Shown one piece after another: positions 59,379 to 64,000 of a DNA stretch of 64,000 bases. Both the position numbers and the translations under genes were made by a program. The stretch is from the human T2T-CHM13v2.0 reference genome, Homo sapiens, in the NCBI RefSeq assembly GCF_009914755.1, contig NC_060926.1; one strand, given 5' to 3'. The notes under the pieces are model-generated. The model was not told the DNA's origin, did no database searches, and saw nothing but the letters and a program-made list of their open reading frames with translations. Position 1 is the first letter of the stretch, and each line of letters starts with the position of its first letter.

Positions 59379-60834
59379 ATTAAAGGAGCTCAATTGAGAA
59401 TTCACAAATAAACTGAAGAGTTTTCTCTTTTAATAAAGTTAACAAAAAATGTATTAAAAAGAACAAGTATGTCAGAACAAGACATCTAATCTGTAGAGGA
59501 AATAATACTCAGAAGCAGATATTATCACAGAAATGAGTACCATTAAACTACTGAAAGTAACTTACTGATTTTGAACTAAATGTTTCTGTTTTCACTAGCA
59601 CGAAAGACAGATATGAATTAAACACTAAGGAAAAACAGAAATGAGTGACACAAAGGGCATTTTATATGTATACAAATGTATAAAATGTATATATGCTTAT
59701 CTCTTTCTATATAGAGAGAAAGAAGATAGAATAGAGAGTAAGAGAGAGAATAGAGGACAATGAAGGGAATTCTCAAGAGTATACTCCAAATAAAATATAT
59801 TTATTTCACAGAGTTCTTTCTACGAAAACCAATGTAAGAAGCAGGAGCATTCTGTGCTGGTAACTGGTGAAAAAAGTCAATGATTGTTACAAATGAAGAC
59901 TTAAGAAGGAAATTTTTCAAGTTTAAAACATAAGGAAGTTTTTGATCAAACAATCCATGATTCTCCTTTTAAAACTATATAAATAACATCTAATGTTAAA
60001 AAAGTATAAAAAGCAGATACTGGCTTTATTCCTATAGTAATAGTAAAAGAGAGGGTAATAAACTGGAGGTTACTAAGTATTGAAGTGAGATACAATGTTA
60101 CAACTAAAAAATCAGCAAAACCTAGAAATGGAATCATCATAGGGTTTTAAATAATTGTCTACTATTTGGGGGAACCAATAAATGTGCACACAGAATTATT
60201 TTATAGTACATTATATTAAAAATTAAATACAAGTGGGGTTTAAAGTAAGCTATTAGAACTAGTGAGCTATTCTATAACATTTCTGTTTTTATTATAACCA
60301 GTGTTACAAAGAACATTTGTAAAGTCATATTTGCCTACTTGCCTATTGCCTTAGGAGAAAACACAAGGAATTACACTGCTTGGTTAAATGAATTATATTG
60401 CTTGGTTGAAGTTAATTATTTAATATAAACTGGCATAAAGATTGATTAAAAAAATTGAAATCATGATTTTGTCTTTCTTGGTGTAGAATCATGATATAGA
60501 AATTTAAATTGAATACAGATCACTTTACATTTTCTTCAGAGAAGGGTTAAGCTCATTTAACAGGTTGTCGACAAATCCTAAGACACTTGGCTTTTTGAGC
60601 TTACTTTGCTTTTATGTGGAAAGTCCAAATTTGAAAATTTCCACTAGATTTTATGACATTATGTTACACTCTTTCTAATTTAGTCATTCTGCCTTACAAT
60701 CAGCCATTACATCCCTTGGGGAAATGTAAAATTTAAACAGACATTAAACTCAAATAACTTCCCTGCCTATCAGAGAAATGACAAGGAAATACTGTTACAT
60801 ATCATGTCATTTATGACACTTGTGATTAAGAGCA

Positions 60835-60847
60835 TATATATATATAT

Positions 60848-60885
<38 letters not shown>
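60835..60885. repeat. (TA)n(CA)n compound microsatellite
   Basis: tatatata...acacacac. Confidence 0.92.
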
Positions 60886-61871
60886 TGTTGAATGCTAAAG
60901 AACTGGATGTACTGAACGGATGTATTTGGATATTCCCAAATTTTAAAAGGAAAAAAATCATAGTAAAATAAATTATAAAGTAAAAATACAGTTTTAGTTG
61001 GTATCAACTTTAAAAAGCTGTGCTTCAAATGTTGATAGAACTCTTCAAACTTTAGGATATACTTACGTAGAATACTTTTATGATTGTATATAAGATACCA
61101 AGATATCCCACAGTAGATTATTTAAACCAAAATGGGATCAGTTTATAAATCTTGCAGTACTGGTTTGAAATCCGGACATTACAGACAACAGAGGACAAAA
61201 GGGGAATAATATAAGCAAAAAGAATAAAATAAAATATGTGAAACGTTGGTACATATTAACCTATTCTGTATAATTTTTCACTTCACAGTATCATTTTCTT
61301 TGTGTCTGCAAGTACCCAATGTGATAACTTTGCTCTAAGTCACTTCCTAAGTCAAATCCTCTGTCCCCTGTAATTTAAAATAGCCCACCTCACCCCTCCC
61401 CCAAATTTGGAAACTACATCTCTCAGAACAGTTAACCTCATTTACATATTAGATACAAGTTAACTTTACCAAACTAATTTAATGTTTGTCTAGCTTGGCT
61501 GATGATAATAATAATCTGGGTTACACATCAAATACTAAAAAGTTTAGAAACTCCCAGGTCTCATTCAAGACCAGTTGATTGGTCTGTTTGAATTACCCAT
61601 CCCAACCAGCATATGTGTGAATGATGTGTTTATGTGTATATGTGTGTGTATATCTATATCTGTAATATTATGTGTACTAATAATGTGCTTTTACTTATAC
61701 CACGCAAGTATACATTGTAATATATATTTATATGCAACATAATGTATGTTGTAACAGTATATCATGTAAATATGCATTTTATGGCAAGCTATAAAATGCG
61801 CTTACTAAGTGAAGAACATTTAAATTATTTCATATAATTAAATTGTATTATGAATAACAGTGACAAACCTC

Positions 61872-62008
61872 TTTTTTTGAGACACGGTCTCACTCTGTCA
61901 CCCAGGCTGGAATGCAGTGGTACAATCACTGCACCTCAACCTCCTGGGCCCAAGCAATCATCCCGCCTCAGCTTCCCAAGTAGCTAGGACTACAGGTGTG
62001 CACCACTG
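61872..62008 (-). mobile_element. AluJ right arm / FRAM
   Basis: tttgagacacggtctcactctgtcacccaggctgg...caagcaatcatcccgcctcagc. Confidence 0.85.
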
Positions 62009-62680
62009 AACATCTTTATAAGTAAATTCCCTTTCCCTTTGTGACTTTTGCTTTGAATAGTCTTTTATCTAAAAACAATAGAAGAAAATGTTTTCAAATG
62101 TTTTGTGAAATCCTGACACTTAATCTGCTTTTTATATTTAGAAAGGTGCATAGTTCAGATAAAATAAGTTGACTTGTTGGGGGAGAAAATCATCTGGCAG
62201 ATTGTATGTAGATAAAAGGCAAAGCTCTTGAAGAAAAGGAGCATGAAAAAGGAGGGCTGAGGACTGAAATGTTCTGCATTAAAAAATTAGAGGAATTCAA
62301 AGTTTGTACCCAGTAGTAGGGAAAGAGAAAAAGAGATGCAGAGGAGAAAATGATGGGAATAGATGGAGGGAAAATAAGAAGGAAAAGTTTATCTAGAAAA
62401 AAATAAAAAGAAGGAGAAAGTCAAGCAACATAGTAAGGAAAATATCGTGTAGAATGGAAGAGGGTCTTCTCTGTGCAGGAGTCTGTATGTATGTACAATT
62501 TATGCATATCTTTCTGATTCCTGTTAACTATGGGATAAATTCTATAGTTTCCTTTGTAAAAATATATTGCTGGAATTTCCCAAAGTCTTACAGCATCTTA
62601 AAGTAGACTAAATTTAATTATTGCATGGTATGACATTACAGAATTCTCACAATGTATTTAACCTAAATACCATTTGATCA

Positions 62681-62722
62681 TAGTAATACAATTTTAGCTA
62701 TTAGTAATACAATTTTAGGTAT
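62681..62722. repeat. 21-bp tandem duplication
   Basis: tagtaatacaattttagctat / tagtaatacaattttaggtat. Confidence 0.9.
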
Positions 62723-63127
62723 TATAAATTCTAAATTAGTGAGCATGTTCAAAAATGAATGTCATCACATAGCTTGATTATTCCTAAAATAGGAATTACT
62801 GTAACATATATTTCAAGTGTTTTCCTTAATTGAGATCTGTCAGTGAGATAATGGATATTTTTAGGACCCTTTAGTTTATACTTCCAAATTTTCCTTTGGC
62901 CTACGAATTTTGCATTATTTCACACTTTATCCGGGTGCATAAGTTTGCCTCCTAGGGTACTCAAACTTCACCAGGTAGTAGATGCTTTTTCTTTTCTTAG
63001 CCAAAAAAAAAAGTCTCAATGTACATTTAAGGTGCATTACTGTGAACAATGTTTGCATGTTTATAGACTATCTGTATATCTATATTTTTTCTTTAATGAA
63101 TTGCCTTGCAAAGAAAAACTTTTTCTC

Positions 63128-63484
<357 letters not shown>

Positions 63485-64000
63485 CTATTAAGATGATCAA
63501 TAGTTTATGTATAAGATGTGCTATAATGTAGCCCAACATTATCATATTTTTTATTTTGATATGGACATATACTTTCTTTTTTATGTTTATGCTATCCAAA
63601 CTTCTAATATTTTTCCTTAGGCTTTTTATCACTCCTTGCATATTTAAATGCAAGGAGTTGCATTTAAATATTAAATGTTTCCTCCTAATGTTATTATTTA
63701 ATTCTTATTTTATTAATATATGTTTAATATATCTAAGACTTCTTTGGCTAAATGGTGTAATATGACAATATAGCTATATCATTTTCCAAATTGCTAAATC
63801 AGTAGTCCAAATAATGTTTATTACAGAAGCTTCTTCTTCACTGATTTTTTAAATACTCCAAATTATACATGACATTTTAATGCATTATATTAGTATTTTA
63901 CTATTCTTATGCCAGCATCTCACTGTTAAAAATATCTTAACTCTCCTTTCTCCAACAATAGTAGAAGAAGGGAAACATAGTGGGAGAAACTTAGAAGTTA

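Overview
This is AT-rich primate genomic DNA (catarrhine, plausibly human or ape; AluY and L1PA5-7 are present), either intergenic or deep intronic. No protein-coding gene, RNA gene or CRISPR array is supported, and the listed ORFs are L1/Alu remnants or chance ORFs. The first ~8.5 kb has no recognisable transposons and holds enhancer-like motif clusters, notably six TGACAG (TALE/MEIS) sites in 470 bp. The remaining ~55 kb is dominated by L1 elements (one full-length L1PA8A-11-type with a 59-bp 5'UTR array and a nested L1PA5/6, a 3'-truncated L1PA7-type, older L1M), Alus, LTRs, MIR and L2. The most unusual signal is three separate locally templated insertions. The first is a ~325-bp inverted copy flanked by a 14-bp direct repeat, which encloses a head-to-head Alu pair and gives a ~1.75-kb fold-back. 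The second is a ~175-bp direct copy flanked by a ~40-bp duplication. The third is a 43-bp inverted self-copy inside an L1. I see no convincing evidence of a new biological system. Repeat subfamily calls come from recalled consensus features, and identities are hand counts.
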